A stretch of 64,000 bases of DNA from Acidobacteriota bacterium (GCA_965209055.1 OZ242374.1:5056001-5120000), one strand, 5' to 3'; positions 50,550 to 62,467 are shown, counted from the first letter of the stretch. Numbers and translations are program-made. The notes: generated from the letters alone by a model not told the origin.

Positions 50550-51296
50550 ATGCCCAGGGACCATCTCCACTTCATTCTGGTCCGAACCCGGTTCGCCTCC
50601 AATCTGGGCGCGGCCGCCCGCATCCTGAAGAACATGGGATTCAGCCGCCTGGTCCTGATCCGGCCCCGTTGCGAGGTCGGGGCCGAGGCCCGCATGATGG
50701 CCATGAAGGGAGCCGATCTGGTGGACCACGCCGTCTACTATCCCTCCCTGCGCGAGGCGAAGCGGGAGATTCGGATTCTGGCGGGGACCACGTCGAGATC
50801 GCCGAAGACAGGCACCCGCCGCGTCGGCAGCCGCACGCTGGCCGGCGAACTGGCCCCCCGGTACGGGTCCGCACCGCTGGGCATCGTTTTCGGACCCGAA
50901 GACAACGGCCTGTCGAGGGACGAGCTCCGGCTCTGTGAATGGCTGGTGGAAATCCCCACGGCCGGGGACTATCCGGTCCTGAATCTGGCTCAGGCAGTGG
51001 GCCTCGTGGCCTACGACCTCCACATGGCGGGTCTTGAGCCGGATGATTCTCCGTTTCTGAACCTCGCAGACCCGGCGGAATTCCGGTCGTTGATCGCTCG
51101 CCTGGAGATCGTCCTCAGATCGGCCGGCCTCCCCCCGCACCTGTCCCGGCAGCGGATCCTGGCCCGCTTGAACAGAATCCTGGGACGCGCGCAGTTGGAA
51201 AAGGAGGACGTCAAGCTGCTGAGGAGTTTGCTGGCCCTGGTTTCCCGTTCCCGTTGGGGGAATCGCCGGACCGGACAGCAGGCGCTTCACGAATGA
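50550..51296 (+). CDS. TrmJ/LasT family SPOUT RNA methyltransferase
   Basis: NLGAAAR..KNMG, FGPE..GL, LNLAQAV. Confidence 0.88.
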   Translation: MPRDHLHFILVRTRFASNLGAAARILKNMGFSRLVLIRPRCEVGAEARMMAMKGADLVDHAVYYPSLREAKREIRILAGTTSRSPKTGTRRVGSRTLAGELAPRYGSAPLGIVFGPEDNGLSRDELRLCEWLVEIPTAGDYPVLNLAQAVGLVAYDLHMAGLEPDDSPFLNLADPAEFRSLIARLEIVLRSAGLPPHLSRQRILARLNRILGRAQLEKEDVKLLRSLLALVSRSRWGNRRTGQQALHE

Positions 51297-52572
51297 CGTC
51301 CATGAAGGAAGAGACGGAAAAAACGGCATTGCCGATGCCCGGTTTCCCGTAACCCGGCGGGACCGGGAGCCGGTAACGTTCATGGGTGTCCCGCCAGACC
51401 CTCAACAGCCCCAGGTGATACTCGAGAGGGGCTCCTCCGGGATTGGACTTCCCCAGAACGCTCAGCGGTTCCGGACACCAAGTGGTAAAACGGGGCGCCA
51501 CGCCTCGGCTCATGAAGAAATCGAGACCCTCGCCGGTGGAGGCCAGCGCCTCCTCGACGCTGGTGAATCCGGCGGGCTGAGCCATCTCGATTCCGGCGAC
51601 GAAATTGGGGATTACGTGGGACGGGCCGAACACCTCGGCCGCATCCAGGATCCGCCGAATCCACTCGTCCCGTCCGATGTACTCGGCCTTGCCCGGACAG
51701 ATGATCTCGAAGAGCCTGGCGTCCCACACCTCGTAGTTGGGATGGTAGATCCGGACGCCGGCATCCTTGAAGCGCCGGACCGACTCCCGGGACAGCGCCT
51801 GGACCACCACCTTGCCCAGCCAGCGGCCCGGAAACCGCTCTTCGATGGCTTCCGGGTAACGGACGTAAAAGTCGATCTCCTCCTGGCCATCCAACTTTGA
51901 GGTGATGCTGCCCCCGGTCACCGTGTAGGCCTTGCTGATCGAATCGGTGTCCTGAATGATCTCCAGCGCCTCCAGAATCTCCTCAATCGTCTTCACGCCG
52001 GTATAGGAACGGCCCGATCTTCGCTGCTGCCGATAGTTCTCGTTGATGTCGCAGAACTGGCACTCCACCTTGCGTCCGAAGTACTGGCAGATCCGGAAGA
52101 CGGTGAGATAGAGGAGATACCCCCATTCGATGCTCGGCGCGATGTCGGTTATGGGCTTGCCGCTGGCAAGGGTGGACTTGTAGTACTCGGGAACCGCCGG
52201 AAACTCCACGCCGCAGATCTCCACTCCATCCAGGATCAGGATCAGCCTCCCGTCCTCTGAGCAGTCGATGCGGTAGGGGGACCCCGGATTCAGCCGGACC
52301 GAAACGATGGTTCGCCGGAAATTCCCCGCCCCGCCGGTCAGACAGATCTCTTCGGGCGCATGCAGGTTCTCCTGCTGCTCCATCGCGGTGATGGGCACGA
52401 GATCGAAGGAGAAGATGAAATAGGCCTTGGGTTTGTACCCGGACGCGATGGCCAGGGCATCCCTGGAAAAAGCGATCCCCGTTCGCAGGAGGTCCTCTTT
52501 GATGACGACTTCGCGCGGCAGGTCCCGAAAGGTCTCGGCCAGCGATTCGACCAGATCCAGGCGTGGGCTCAC
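51211..52572 (-). CDS. Radical SAM protein with CX8CX2C motif
   Basis: CQYFGRKVECQFC, TGG, NYEVWD..LF..ICPGK, VAGIE. Confidence 0.8.
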   Translation of the reverse strand: MSPRLDLVESLAETFRDLPREVVIKEDLLRTGIAFSRDALAIASGYKPKAYFIFSFDLVPITAMEQQENLHAPEEICLTGGAGNFRRTIVSVRLNPGSPYRIDCSEDGRLILILDGVEICGVEFPAVPEYYKSTLASGKPITDIAPSIEWGYLLYLTVFRICQYFGRKVECQFCDINENYRQQRRSGRSYTGVKTIEEILEALEIIQDTDSISKAYTVTGGSITSKLDGQEEIDFYVRYPEAIEERFPGRWLGKVVVQALSRESVRRFKDAGVRIYHPNYEVWDARLFEIICPGKAEYIGRDEWIRRILDAAEVFGPSHVIPNFVAGIEMAQPAGFTSVEEALASTGEGLDFFMSRGVAPRFTTWCPEPLSVLGKSNPGGAPLEYHLGLLRVWRDTHERYRLPVPPGYGKPGIGNAVFSVSSFMDVIREAPAVRSGDSPNGNGKPGPANSSAA

Positions 52573-52689
52573 AAAGCGTTAATGTAACAAAAAAGGGAGG
52601 AGAACGGTGTCGGGGCGCCCCTGTCGGCCCCTCTAACCGGCTTTATCTCCTTGACTCTTCACCCCTTGCCCTTCCCTATCCCGGAACTG

Positions 52690-55600
52690 TCAGCGCTGGA
52701 ACAGGGACTCCGCGGGATTGTTGCGGAGTTCATGGTACTCCTGAAGGCTCTTGATCCGGATCTCTTCCCGCTGCAGTGCCCGGATGGCGCTGACGGCCGC
52801 GGCCGCGGCAGAGAGCGTGGTGATGCAGGGGGTGCCGTACTGGATGCATGCCCGCCGAATGGCCTTTTCGTCGAAGAAGGACTCCCGGCCCAAGGGGGTG
52901 TTCACCACCAGGTGGATCTTCTTGCTCTTGATCAGATCCACCACGTTGGGCCGCCCCTCGTTCACCTTGTAGACCGTCTCCACTTCCATTCCCGACAGCG
53001 CCAGGACCTTGGCAGTGCCGCTGGTGGCCACCACCTGGAAACCCAGGCGCTGAAAATCCTGGGCGATGGTGATGACGTAGCGCTTGTCCCGCTCGTTGAC
53101 GCTCAGGAAGACGACTCCGGACTTTGGCAGGTGGTTGCCGGCGCTGGTCTGAGCCTTGGCGTAAGCGTAGCCGAAGGACTCGTCTCCCCCCATGACCTCG
53201 CCCGTCGACCGCATTTCCGGTCCCAGGATCGTGTCGACGCCGGGAAACTTGGCAAAGGGAAAAACCGGGGTCTTCACGAAGCAACTGGTGACGTCCAGAT
53301 CCCGAGTCAGTCCCAGCTCGGAGAGCTTTCTTCCGATCATGAGCCTGGCGCCCACCTTGGCCAGCGGGATTCCGGTGGCCTTGCTCACGAAGGGGATGGT
53401 GCGGCTGGCCCGCGGGTTCACCTCCAGGACGTAGACGCGCTCCTCCACCACCGCGAACTGAATATTCATGAGGCCCACGACCTGGAGCGCTTCCCCCAGG
53501 CGCCGCGTGTAGTCCCGCATGGTCTCCAGGTGCTCTTCCTCGATGATGATGGGCGGCAGGACCGACGTGCTGTCCCCCGAGTGGATGCCCGCCTCCTCGA
53601 TGTGCTCCATGATCCCGGCGATGATCACGTTCTCGCCGTCGGCCAGGGCGTCCACGTCATATTCCCGGGCATCTTCCAGGAACTTGTCGATCAGGATGGG
53701 GCGTTGGGGCGAGACGTCCACGGCTGAGCTGACGTACCCGTCCAGAGAGGCCTCGTCATAGACGATGGCCATGGCTCGCCCGCCCAGCACGTAGGAGGGT
53801 CGAACCAGGAGCGGGTAACCGATACGGCGGCCGATCTTGCGCGCCTGCTCGATGGACATGGCGGTGCCGTTCTCGGGCCGGTTGATGCTCAGTTCCCGAA
53901 GGAGCCGCTCGAAACGCTCCCGATCCTCGGCCAGGTCGATGGACTGGGGAGAGGTTCCGACGATGGGAACCCCGGCCTCGAAAAGGGGCAGCGCCAATTT
54001 CAGAGGGGTCTGACCGCCCAACTGAACCACGACGCCGTCCGGTTGTTCCCGCTGCACCACCGCCATCACGTCCTCGAAGGTCAAGGGCTCGAAGTAGAGG
54101 CGGTCCGAGGTGTCGTAGTCGGTGGAAACCGTCTCCGGGTTGCAGTTGACCATGATGGTCTCGTACCCCTCCTCCTTGAGAGCGAAGGAGGCGTGGCAGC
54201 AGCAGTAGTCGAACTCGATCCCCTGACCGATCCGGTTGGGTCCACTCCCCAGGATCACGATCTTCTTGCCGTCGCCCGGGTCCGCTTCATCCTCGAACTC
54301 GTAACTGGAATACATGTAAGGCGTGTAGGACTCGAACTCGGCCGCGCAGGTGTCGACGCGCTTGAAGACAGGACCGATTCCGTGGTCTCTCCTGAATTTC
54401 CAGACGTCTCGTTCGGTAACGGCGCGACTCCCGGATTCCCGGTTGCGGCTCAGGATCTGAGAAAGCCAAAGGTCGGAGAAGCCGTTTTTCTTGGCGCGAG
54501 CCAGCCTGGCCGGACCGAGGGTCTCCGGACGGTTTCCCTCGAGTTCCTTGATCTGGTCCAGCAGCCGCTCGATCTGCTGCAGAAACCAGTGATCGATGCC
54601 GGTGAGCTCGAAGATCCGGTCCCGGGTGTATCCATGCTCGAAGGCCAGGAAAACGTGAGCGAGACGGCTCGGATTGGGACGAACCAAGTGCTCGTTGATG
54701 CGCGTCGGACAGGTCTGCTCGGCAAACAGCGTCTTGTCCGTCTCCAGGGACCGGACTCCTTTGAGAAGGGCTTCGCGGAAGGTCCTGCCGATGGCCATCA
54801 CTTCCCCGACCGACTTCATCTGCGTCCCCAGCAACGGTTCGGATTGGGGAAACTTCTCGAAATTCCAGCGCGGAATCTTCACGACCACGTAGTCCAAGGT
54901 GGGCTCGAAGGAGGCGGGCGTCTTGAGGGTGATGTCGTTGGGAATCTCATCCAGCGTGTAACCCACCGCCAGCTTCGCAGCGACCTTGGCAATGGGAAAG
55001 CCGGTGGCCTTGGAAGCCAGCGCCGAACTCCGGCTCACCCGGGGATTCATCTCGATGACCACCATTCGCCCGTCGTCCGGATTGACGGCGAACTGGATGT
55101 TCGAGCCGCCCGTGTCCACTCCGATCTTGCGGATGATTTGGATGGCCGCATCCCGCATCGTCTGGTATTCCCGGTCGGTGAGGGTCTGTGCGGGAGCCAC
55201 GGTGATGGAATCCCCGGTGTGGACACCCATGGGATCGAAATTCTCGATGGAGCAGATGATGACCACGTTGTCGTTCAGGTCGCGCATCACCTCCAGCTCG
55301 AATTCCTTCCATCCCAGAACCGATTCTTCGACCAGGATCTCGCCGATGGGCGAAAGCTGGATTCCCCGGTCCGAGATCTCCTGAAATTCCTCGGTGTTGA
55401 AGGCGATGCCGCCGCCGGTGCCTCCCAACGTAAAGGAGGGACGGATCACGGCGGGAAGCCCCACCCTTTCCAGAATCTCCTGGCTCTCCTTCAAACTGGT
55501 GGCAAAACCGGAACTGGGGACCTGGAGCCCGATTTCCTCCATGGCCGCGCGGAAAAGGCGCCGGTCCTCCGCCATCTGAATCGCATCCAGATTGGCGCCG

Positions 55601-55947
55601 ATCATTTCGACGCCCATCTCCCGGAGCAGGCCGCTCTCGCTGAGTTGAACCGAGACATTGAGGCCGGTCTGCCCGCCCACGGTGGGCAATATGGCATCGG
55701 GGCGTTCCCGCCTGATGATTTCGCCGACGTATTCCGGCGTCAGCGGCTCCACGTAGGTCCGGACCGCGACTTCCGGGTCGGTCATGATGGTGGCGGGATT
55801 GGAGTTGACCAGGATGACCTGGAACCCGTCCTGCATCAGGGCCTTGCAGGCCTGGGTCCCGGAATAATCGAACTCGCAGGCCTGGCCGATGACAATGGGG
55901 CCCGAGCCGATGATCAGGATCTTCTCAATGTCGTCTCGCCTGGGCAT
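52690..55947 (-). CDS. carB: Carbamoyl-phosphate synthase large subunit
   Basis: [36 protein letters not shown] domain. Confidence 0.98.
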   Translation of the reverse strand: MPRRDDIEKILIIGSGPIVIGQACEFDYSGTQACKALMQDGFQVILVNSNPATIMTDPEVAVRTYVEPLTPEYVGEIIRRERPDAILPTVGGQTGLNVSVQLSESGLLREMGVEMIGANLDAIQMAEDRRLFRAAMEEIGLQVPSSGFATSLKESQEILERVGLPAVIRPSFTLGGTGGGIAFNTEEFQEISDRGIQLSPIGEILVEESVLGWKEFELEVMRDLNDNVVIICSIENFDPMGVHTGDSITVAPAQTLTDREYQTMRDAAIQIIRKIGVDTGGSNIQFAVNPDDGRMVVIEMNPRVSRSSALASKATGFPIAKVAAKLAVGYTLDEIPNDITLKTPASFEPTLDYVVVKIPRWNFEKFPQSEPLLGTQMKSVGEVMAIGRTFREALLKGVRSLETDKTLFAEQTCPTRINEHLVRPNPSRLAHVFLAFEHGYTRDRIFELTGIDHWFLQQIERLLDQIKELEGNRPETLGPARLARAKKNGFSDLWLSQILSRNRESGSRAVTERDVWKFRRDHGIGPVFKRVDTCAAEFESYTPYMYSSYEFEDEADPGDGKKIVILGSGPNRIGQGIEFDYCCCHASFALKEEGYETIMVNCNPETVSTDYDTSDRLYFEPLTFEDVMAVVQREQPDGVVVQLGGQTPLKLALPLFEAGVPIVGTSPQSIDLAEDRERFERLLRELSINRPENGTAMSIEQARKIGRRIGYPLLVRPSYVLGGRAMAIVYDEASLDGYVSSAVDVSPQRPILIDKFLEDAREYDVDALADGENVIIAGIMEHIEEAGIHSGDSTSVLPPIIIEEEHLETMRDYTRRLGEALQVVGLMNIQFAVVEERVYVLEVNPRASRTIPFVSKATGIPLAKVGARLMIGRKLSELGLTRDLDVTSCFVKTPVFPFAKFPGVDTILGPEMRSTGEVMGGDESFGYAYAKAQTSAGNHLPKSGVVFLSVNERDKRYVITIAQDFQRLGFQVVATSGTAKVLALSGMEVETVYKVNEGRPNVVDLIKSKKIHLVVNTPLGRESFFDEKAIRRACIQYGTPCITTLSAAAAAVSAIRALQREEIRIKSLQEYHELRNNPAESLFQR

Positions 55948-55980
55948 GCCTGCTGTGCTCGAGGGCTTGGTCCGCGGAAC

Positions 55981-57069
55981 TCAACCTGGCCGATGGGCTC
56001 GCATCAGGTCGAGGAAATCGTCGAACAGGTACATGGAATCATGGGGGCCCGGAGAAGCCTCGGGATGATACTGCACGGAAAAAGCCGGCAGCGACCGGTG
56101 CCGCATGCCTTCCAGAGTCCGGTCGTTGAGGTTGACATGGGTCAACTCGACGATGTCTTCGTCCAAGGAATCGGGGTCCACGGCGAATCCGTGATTCTGG
56201 GACGTGATCTCGATCTTTCGAGTCACCAGGTTTTGGACCGGCTGATTGCCGCCTCGATGCCCGAACTTCAACTTGAAGGTCCGGCCTCCGAGGGCCAATC
56301 CCAAAAGCTGATGACCCAGGCAGATTCCGAAGACGGGTCTGCGTCCCAGCAGTTTCTTGACGTTGGCGACAATGTAGTCGAGGGGTTCCGGGTCACCGGG
56401 ACCATTCGACAGGAAGACACCGTCCGGGTCCATGGCCAGAACATCCTCGGCAGGCGTGGTTGCCGGGACCACGGTGACGTTGCACCCACGGGACGCGAGG
56501 CATCGAAGGATATTGTGTTTGATCCCGAAATCGTAGGCCACCACTCGGAATTTGGACTCCTCCACCGGCCAGGAATAGGACTCGGTGGTGGTGACGAACT
56601 TCACGCAATCCAGTCCGGCCATCGTCGGATGGGCCAGGACTTTCCTCCGTATGGAATCGACCGACGACGTGGAGATTCCGCCCCGCATGGCCCCCTTCTC
56701 CCGGATGCGGCGAACCAGGGCGCGGGTGTCGATCTCGGAGATGCCGCTGATTCCATGCTGCTTCAGATAGGCGTCCAGCGTTCGCTCCCCACGCCAGTTG
56801 CTGAAGATGGGACTGCATTCACGGAGGACGAAGCCTTCCACCTGGGGCTTGGAGGACTCTCCATCTTCAGAGTTCGTACCGTAGTTTCCGATTTGGGGCT
56901 GGGTCATCACCACGATCTGACCGGCATAGGAGGGGTCGGTCAGAATTTCCTGGTATCCCGTCATGGAGGTGTTGAAGACCACCTCGCCCAATGTTTCCGT
57001 GTCTGCGCCGAAGGCGACGCCTTCGTACACGGTCCCATCTTCCAGATATAGAATCGCCCGTTTGTCCAC
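55981..57069 (-). CDS. carA: Carbamoyl-phosphate synthase small subunit
   Basis: GEVVFNT.MTGYQE, SNGPGDP, GICLGHQ, QYHPE. Confidence 0.97.
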   Translation of the reverse strand: MDKRAILYLEDGTVYEGVAFGADTETLGEVVFNTSMTGYQEILTDPSYAGQIVVMTQPQIGNYGTNSEDGESSKPQVEGFVLRECSPIFSNWRGERTLDAYLKQHGISGISEIDTRALVRRIREKGAMRGGISTSSVDSIRRKVLAHPTMAGLDCVKFVTTTESYSWPVEESKFRVVAYDFGIKHNILRCLASRGCNVTVVPATTPAEDVLAMDPDGVFLSNGPGDPEPLDYIVANVKKLLGRRPVFGICLGHQLLGLALGGRTFKLKFGHRGGNQPVQNLVTRKIEITSQNHGFAVDPDSLDEDIVELTHVNLNDRTLEGMRHRSLPAFSVQYHPEASPGPHDSMYLFDDFLDLMRAHRPG

Positions 57070-57123
57070 GTCTCTTGGATCCTCGAATCAGGGAGGTCTG
57101 GTCGTGCCGGGCCCGTCTCCCGG

Positions 57124-57720
57124 CTATTCGATCATGCCCGCCTTGGAGACGGGCCAGTATCGGAACACGGCCTTCCCGAAAATATTCCGGCGCGGCACGC
57201 ATCCCCAGTTTCGACTGTCGTTGCTGGAATTTCTCCGATCTCCCAGTACAAAGAACTGGTCCTCAGGAACCTTGGCCGTGTGATAGTCGTGGTCCAGGTA
57301 CTCAGGCCGCAAATAAGGTTCCTCCAAGCGCCGGCCGTCGACGAATACGACACCTCCTTTGATCTCCACGGTTTCACCGGGAATCCCAATGACCCGTTTG
57401 ATGAAAGACTTGGCCGGGTTCCTAGGGTACCAGAAGACCACGATATCGCCGCGTTCGATGTTCGAGAAACGATAGGAAAGCTTGCTGACAAAAATTCGTT
57501 CCTGATCTGCCAGGCGGGGGGCCATGCTGGTCCCCTCCACCTTGACCGGCTGGACCACGAATACGACGATGAGGACGGCGGCGACTGCGGCGACGAGGAT
57601 GTCTCGAGCCCAACCGCGCAACTCTTTGAAAATGCCGGCCAGAGATCCCTGGTTCTCGCTGTCCCGGGCCTCTGTCCGTTCCTGTCGGACCGCGGTTTCC
57701 AGCGGTTGCTCTTCCGGCAT
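57124..57720 (-). CDS. lepB: Signal peptidase I
   Basis: GTSM.P, FIKRVIG.PG, GD.R..S.DSR.WG. Confidence 0.93.
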   Translation of the reverse strand: MPEEQPLETAVRQERTEARDSENQGSLAGIFKELRGWARDILVAAVAAVLIVVFVVQPVKVEGTSMAPRLADQERIFVSKLSYRFSNIERGDIVVFWYPRNPAKSFIKRVIGIPGETVEIKGGVVFVDGRRLEEPYLRPEYLDHDYHTAKVPEDQFFVLGDRRNSSNDSRNWGCVPRRNIFGKAVFRYWPVSKAGMIE

Positions 57721-57929
57721 TTCCTCCTGGACCGCTCCCTCCAACGAGGCTCATTGATACCATAGTCCGGAAAGCGAACTCAACCGGGCCGGCGAGCCCC
57801 ACGCCCGTAGTTTCCTTGGTGGTCGAGGCATGATAAACCGCGTCTAGCACTTCGTTGACAACCCCCGGAATCCGCTGAGGACCCCGCCGGATACCGGCGG
57901 GTTGCGGACCGGAAACAGGAGTACGCCGC

Positions 57930-58475
57930 ATGCTGGTGCCCGGCCGACTGTTCCTGACGCGTGGTTCCGGACGCCACCGCGAAAAACTCATCAGTTGGGA
58001 ATTGGCGCTCCATGACGCCGGGATCTCCTCCTTCAACCTGGTTCGCGTCTCCAGCATCTTTCCTCCCGGATGCAGGCTGGTCAGCAGCGAGGAAGGACTG
58101 AAAGCGTTGGTTCCCGGTCAAGTGGTGTTCGCCGTGCTCAGCAAGAATACGACTTCGGAGCCCGGCCGAATGATTGCCGCGTCCATCGGTTTGGCCGCGC
58201 CCCGGGATTCGAACCGGCATGGCTACCTGAGCGAGCACCACAGCTTCGGAGAAACTGCGGCGACAGCGGGAAACCACGCCGAAAACGTGGCAGCTCAGAT
58301 GCTGTCCGCAAGCCTGGGCCTGCCCTCGCGCGAGGATGACGCCGGCAACGGCAGGACGCGGCGCCGGGAACGATGCGGCGAGTTCGCCGAAACCACCAGT
58401 ATCGCCCAGTGCGCCACCGGTGACCGGGGCGGTCTGTGGACGACCGTCGTCGCGGCCGCAGTCCTGCTGCCGTGA
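57930..58475 (+). CDS. pdaD: Pyruvoyl-dependent arginine decarboxylase
   Basis: L.SWELAL.DAGI..FNLV.VSSI.PP, GYLSEHH, WTTV.AAAV. Confidence 0.85.
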   Translation: MLVPGRLFLTRGSGRHREKLISWELALHDAGISSFNLVRVSSIFPPGCRLVSSEEGLKALVPGQVVFAVLSKNTTSEPGRMIAASIGLAAPRDSNRHGYLSEHHSFGETAATAGNHAENVAAQMLSASLGLPSREDDAGNGRTRRRERCGEFAETTSIAQCATGDRGGLWTTVVAAAVLLP

Positions 58476-58542
58476 TCCGCCGGGGAAGAGGGTCGCGACG
58501 TGGCAACCGAACCAGCCACGCCGGAAGGAATGGGCGCTCGGC

Positions 58543-59112
58543 TCAGACCTCCAGGACCTCACTCTCTTTCAGCCGGCCCAGATCATCCGCCTCGGCGATG
58601 AAGTCGTCGGTGATCTTCTGGACCTTATCGTACCCGCGATGCTCGTCATCCTCGGAGATGGCCTTGCTCCTGGAAAGTTTCTTCAACCGGTCGTTGGAGC
58701 TGCGCCGGATGTTTCTGACCGCGGTCCGGTGCTGTTCGGTCACCTTGCGGACATGCCTGGCCAACTGCTTGCGCCGCTCCTCGGTCAGCGGAGGGATGGG
58801 CACCCGGATGAGCCGTCCGTCGCTGGAAGGATTAAGGCCCAGATTGGAGGCCAGAATCGCCCGGGTGATGTTCTCGATCTGGGTCGGGTCCCAGGGCTGG
58901 ATGGTCACCATGGTCGCTTCCGCCACGTGCAAGGTGGCGAGCTGGCTGATGGGCGTCAACGTCCCGTAGTAGTCCACCCTGATGGGATCGAACAGATGGA
59001 GGGAGGCGCGTCCCGTGCGGACCGTCGCCAACTCCCGGCTCAGATCCTCCACGGACTTTCGCATCCGGGTCCGGGTTTCAGTCAACACCTGCTCGACGGA
59101 GTTTCCGTTCAT
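58543..59112 (-). CDS. frr: Ribosome recycling factor
   Basis: RTGRA, VDYYG, P.LTEERRK, RNIRR. Confidence 0.96.
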   Translation of the reverse strand: MNGNSVEQVLTETRTRMRKSVEDLSRELATVRTGRASLHLFDPIRVDYYGTLTPISQLATLHVAEATMVTIQPWDPTQIENITRAILASNLGLNPSSDGRLIRVPIPPLTEERRKQLARHVRKVTEQHRTAVRNIRRSSNDRLKKLSRSKAISEDDEHRGYDKVQKITDDFIAEADDLGRLKESEVLEV

Positions 59113-59164
59113 GCTGTCCCCCCCTTGAGCCGCTCGGCGTCCCGGGCAAACCGGGAACGGCGTT

Positions 59165-59923
59165 TCAGTGGCTGATGACGGAACCAACCTTCTTGCCCAG
59201 GACCGCGTTCGTGATGTTCCCCTTCTGCCGGAGACTGAACACAACGATGGGCAGATCGTGATCCATGCACAACGATATGGCCGTTGCGTCCATCACCTTG
59301 AGGCCTTTTTCCAGAACCTGAAGATAGGTCAGCCGGTCGTAGCGTTTGGCATCCGAATTGACTTGGGGATCCGAATCGTAAACGCCGTCGACTTTGGTCC
59401 CCTTCAAGATCGCGTCGGCCCGGATTTCCATCGCTCGCAGGGCCGCCGCCGTGTCGGTGGAGAAATAGGGACTGCCGGTGCCGGCCGCGAAGATGACGAC
59501 CCGTTTCTTCTCCAGGTGCCGGATAGCTCGCCGCCGAATGAAGGGCTCCGCAAGTTCCGAGACATGGATGGCACTCAGGACCCGGGTGTCGACGTCGTTT
59601 TTCTCGAGGGCGTTCTGCAAAGCCAGAGAGTTGATGATGGTGGCCAGCATGCCCATGTAGTCGCCCGTGGCCCGGTCGAACCCGGCCTCACTGACATTCA
59701 CACCGCGAATGATGTTGCCGCCGCCGACTACGACGGCAGTCTCCACACCCAGTTCGTGAACTTCTTTGACCTGGAGGGCGACACCCTCCATCATGGCGGG
59801 ATCGACGCCGAAGTGGCTCTCGCCCATGAGCATCTCGCCGCTGAGCTTGACGAGAAGCCGCCGGTAGGCGGGTCGTTCCAGCTTGACCGGGTCTCCCAAC
59901 GGCGCCTGGCTCTCCTGGGGCAA
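59165..59923 (-). CDS. pyrH: Uridylate kinase
   Basis: [22 protein letters not shown]; TTG start after AGGAGG. Confidence 0.96.
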   Translation of the reverse strand: MPQESQAPLGDPVKLERPAYRRLLVKLSGEMLMGESHFGVDPAMMEGVALQVKEVHELGVETAVVVGGGNIIRGVNVSEAGFDRATGDYMGMLATIINSLALQNALEKNDVDTRVLSAIHVSELAEPFIRRRAIRHLEKKRVVIFAAGTGSPYFSTDTAAALRAMEIRADAILKGTKVDGVYDSDPQVNSDAKRYDRLTYLQVLEKGLKVMDATAISLCMDHDLPIVVFSLRQKGNITNAVLGKKVGSVISH

Positions 59924-59964
59924 AACCGCCTCCTGTGAATGCGAGGAACTCCCCGGCGTCGGTG

Positions 59965-60564
59965 CTAGAGTTCTTCTCCCACCTTGAACCGGCAAAAGCG
60001 ACGGGCCGTGATGTTTTCCTTCAAAGTGGCGATCTTGGACTTGATGAACTGCTCGACGGTGATCGAAGGGTCCTTGACGAAGGGCTGCTCGTAAAGGCAC
60101 ACGGCGGAGTAGTACTTTTCCAAGCGGCCCTCGACGATTCTCTCGACGATAAATTCAGGTTTGCCCGTTGCCAGCGCCTGGTTTCGGTAGATCTCCTTCT
60201 CCCGATCGACCTCCTCGGAATCCACCTCTTCCCGCCGCACGTAAAGGGGGTTGGAAGCAGCCACCTGCATGGCCAGGTCCCGGACGAGTTCCTGGAATTC
60301 ATCGGTGCGTGCCACGAAATCGGTCTCACAATTCACTTCCAGGAGAACACCCAGCTTGCCGCCGGCATGGATGTACTGACCCACCGTCCCCTCGCTGGTG
60401 GCGCGGCCAGACCTCTTGGCGGCTGCGGCCAGGCCCCGTTCGCGCAGGATGACCACGCCTCGATCCAAGTCTCCATCGGCCTCGACCAGCGCCCTCTTGC
60501 ACTCCATCATTCCGGCGCCGGTCCGGTCCCGGAGCGCCTTGACCTGTGCTGCGGTTACACTCAT
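59965..60564 (-). CDS. tsf: Elongation factor Ts (short form)
   Basis: [21 protein letters not shown]. Confidence 0.96.
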   Translation of the reverse strand: MSVTAAQVKALRDRTGAGMMECKRALVEADGDLDRGVVILRERGLAAAAKRSGRATSEGTVGQYIHAGGKLGVLLEVNCETDFVARTDEFQELVRDLAMQVAASNPLYVRREEVDSEEVDREKEIYRNQALATGKPEFIVERIVEGRLEKYYSAVCLYEQPFVKDPSITVEQFIKSKIATLKENITARRFCRFKVGEEL

Positions 60565-60625
60565 TTTCGATCGACCTTCCCGCTGAAACGCTTGGTGCGC
60601 CGCTTCCTGTCGGACGCCCTGATTG

Positions 60626-61552
60626 TTATTCGGAGGTGGGGGCAGTCGCGGCCCGCACCGCGGGCGCGGGAGTGGCCGCCACGGCGGCATCGGGCGGTGT
60701 CGAGGTCTCCTGCGCCGCCTGCTCCTGCGCCGCCTGCTCTTGCGCGGCCTTCTCCTGGAGCACCTTCTCTCGCAGAGCCCTCTCGCGAGCCGCCTTTTCA
60801 CGGGCCGCTTTCTCGCGGGCCGCCTTTTCCCGGGCCGCTTTCTCGCGGGCCTCTGCCAGACGAGCTTCCCGGATAGCCTTTCCGGCCAGGATCGCATCCG
60901 CGATGGTGGAAGTGAACAGCCTCACCGATCGCAATGCGTCGTCGTTTCCAGGAATCACGAAGTCGACATCGTCAGGATCGCTGTTGGTGTCCACCACGGC
61001 GATCACCGGAATGCCCAGCTTGGCGGCTTCCTTGACGGCGATGACCTCCCGATTCGTGTCCACCACGAAGAGGATGTCGGGGAGCCGCTCCATGTCCCTG
61101 ATGCCGCGCAGATTCTTGTCCAGCTTTTTGCGTTCCCGCTCCAGCCGCGCCACTTCCTTCTTGGAGAGCTTGTCGTAGAAGCCGTTGACCCGTTTTTCTT
61201 CCAGATCCTTGTATCGCTTGATGCTGTTCCGGACGGTCGCAAAATTGGTCAGGAGACCACCGAGCCAACGGTTGTTGACATAGTGGGCCTCGCATCTCTC
61301 GGCTTCCCGTTCAATGGTGTCCTGGGCCTGTCTCTTGGTGCCGACGAACAGCACGGAACTCCCCCGGATGCTCCGCTCGACGAGAAAATCGATGGCCCGT
61401 TTGAAATACCGGAGCGTGGTACGGAGATCGACGATGTGGATGCCGTTTCGCTGGCCGAAAATGAACGGCTTCATCTTCGGATTCCAGCGCCTTGTCTGAT
61501 GCCCGAAATGGACACCGGCGTCCAGCAGTTGCTTGATGGGAATGGAACTCAC
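60626..61552 (-). CDS. rpsB: 30S ribosomal protein S2 with C-terminal extension
   Basis: AGVHFGH, WNPKM, RWLGG.LTN, PGNDDA. Confidence 0.97.
   Translation of the reverse strand: MSSIPIKQLLDAGVHFGHQTRRWNPKMKPFIFGQRNGIHIVDLRTTLRYFKRAIDFLVERSIRGSSVLFVGTKRQAQDTIEREAERCEAHYVNNRWLGGLLTNFATVRNSIKRYKDLEEKRVNGFYDKLSKKEVARLERERKKLDKNLRGIRDMERLPDILFVVDTNREVIAVKEAAKLGIPVIAVVDTNSDPDDVDFVIPGNDDALRSVRLFTSTIADAILAGKAIREARLAEAREKAAREKAAREKAAREKAARERALREKVLQEKAAQEQAAQEQAAQETSTPPDAAVAATPAPAVRAATAPTSE
60708..60852 (-). repeat. 15-bp coding tandem repeats in the rpsB 3' end
   Basis: (REKAA)x4 followed by [10 protein letters not shown] units. Confidence 0.85.
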
Positions 61553-61566
61553 CGATTTCTCCCTGG

Positions 61567-61959
61567 CTACCTCTTGGAAAATTGGAACCGCTTACGCGCC
61601 CCGGGTTGCCCGTATTTCTTCCGTTCCTTGACCCGCTGATCGCGCCTGAGAAGCCCGGCCTTCTTCAGCGTAGCGCGGAGATCGGGATCGAACTGGAGCA
61701 GGGCACGGGCTATTCCCAGCCGGACGGCGCCGGCCTGTCCGGAATATCCCCCGCCCTTGACGTTGATGTACACGTCGAACTTGTCGTTATTCTCCGTCTG
61801 CGCCAGAGGTTGCAGAACGACAACCTGTTGCGTCCGGTTGCGGAAGTACTCCTGGAAATCGACGTGGTTGACGACGATCTGCCCTTCCCCGGGCATCAGG
61901 AACACTCGTGCAGTGGCGGACTTCCTCTTGCCCGTTCCGTAGTATTGAACCTCGTTCAA
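61567..61959 (-). CDS. rpsI: 30S ribosomal protein S9
   Basis: GTGKRK, GGG.SGQA, ERKKYG...[10 protein letters not shown]. Confidence 0.97.
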   Translation of the reverse strand: MNEVQYYGTGKRKSATARVFLMPGEGQIVVNHVDFQEYFRNRTQQVVVLQPLAQTENNDKFDVYINVKGGGYSGQAGAVRLGIARALLQFDPDLRATLKKAGLLRRDQRVKERKKYGQPGARKRFQFSKR

Positions 61960-61989
61960 GGAAGATCTCCTGTGGTCGGCGGGGACGAA

Positions 61990-62430
61990 CTAAAGGGCCA
62001 GCGGCTCCGGCTTCTGAGCTTGATGCGGATGGTCGGCGCCAGCATAGATCTTGAGTTTCCGGATCATCCTCTTGCCCAACTTGTTCTTCGGCAGCATACC
62101 TCGAACCGCCAGGCGTACGAGACGATCCGGATACCGGCGCAGCAGATTCTCGGCCGTTATTTCTTTAAGCCCCCCCGGGTAACGGCTGTGGGAATAATAG
62201 ACCTTCTGGGACCACTTCTTCCCGGTCAGGCGCACTTTGTCGGCGTTGACGACGATCACGAATGCGCCGGTATCGAGAAAATCGGTGTAGTTCGGCCGGT
62301 CCTTACCCATGAGAAGGGTAGCCAGACGAGTCGCCAAGCGTCCCAGAACCTGATCGCTGGCGTCCACGACGAACCACTTCCTGTCGATTTCGTCGAAACC
62401 AGGAAGAAACGTCTTATTCGAATTCTTCAT
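61990..62430 (-). CDS. rplM: 50S ribosomal protein L13
   Basis: W.VVDA...LGRLA, GMLPKN.LG, HPH.AQ.P. Confidence 0.97.
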   Translation of the reverse strand: MKNSNKTFLPGFDEIDRKWFVVDASDQVLGRLATRLATLLMGKDRPNYTDFLDTGAFVIVVNADKVRLTGKKWSQKVYYSHSRYPGGLKEITAENLLRRYPDRLVRLAVRGMLPKNKLGKRMIRKLKIYAGADHPHQAQKPEPLAL

Positions 62431-62467
62431 CTCGCTACACTACGCCCCACGAGTCCAAGAGTCTGGA

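Noticed and set aside
48656-50938. 760-aa + strand ORF
   Set aside because: Antisense to the oxidoreductase alpha subunit and out of frame with the trmJ-like gene
54043-57051. 1002-aa + strand ORF
   Set aside because: Antisense shadow of carB and carA
59965-60564. Short EF-Ts as a possible truncation
   Set aside because: The roughly 200-aa form is a known natural variant, and start and stop are intact
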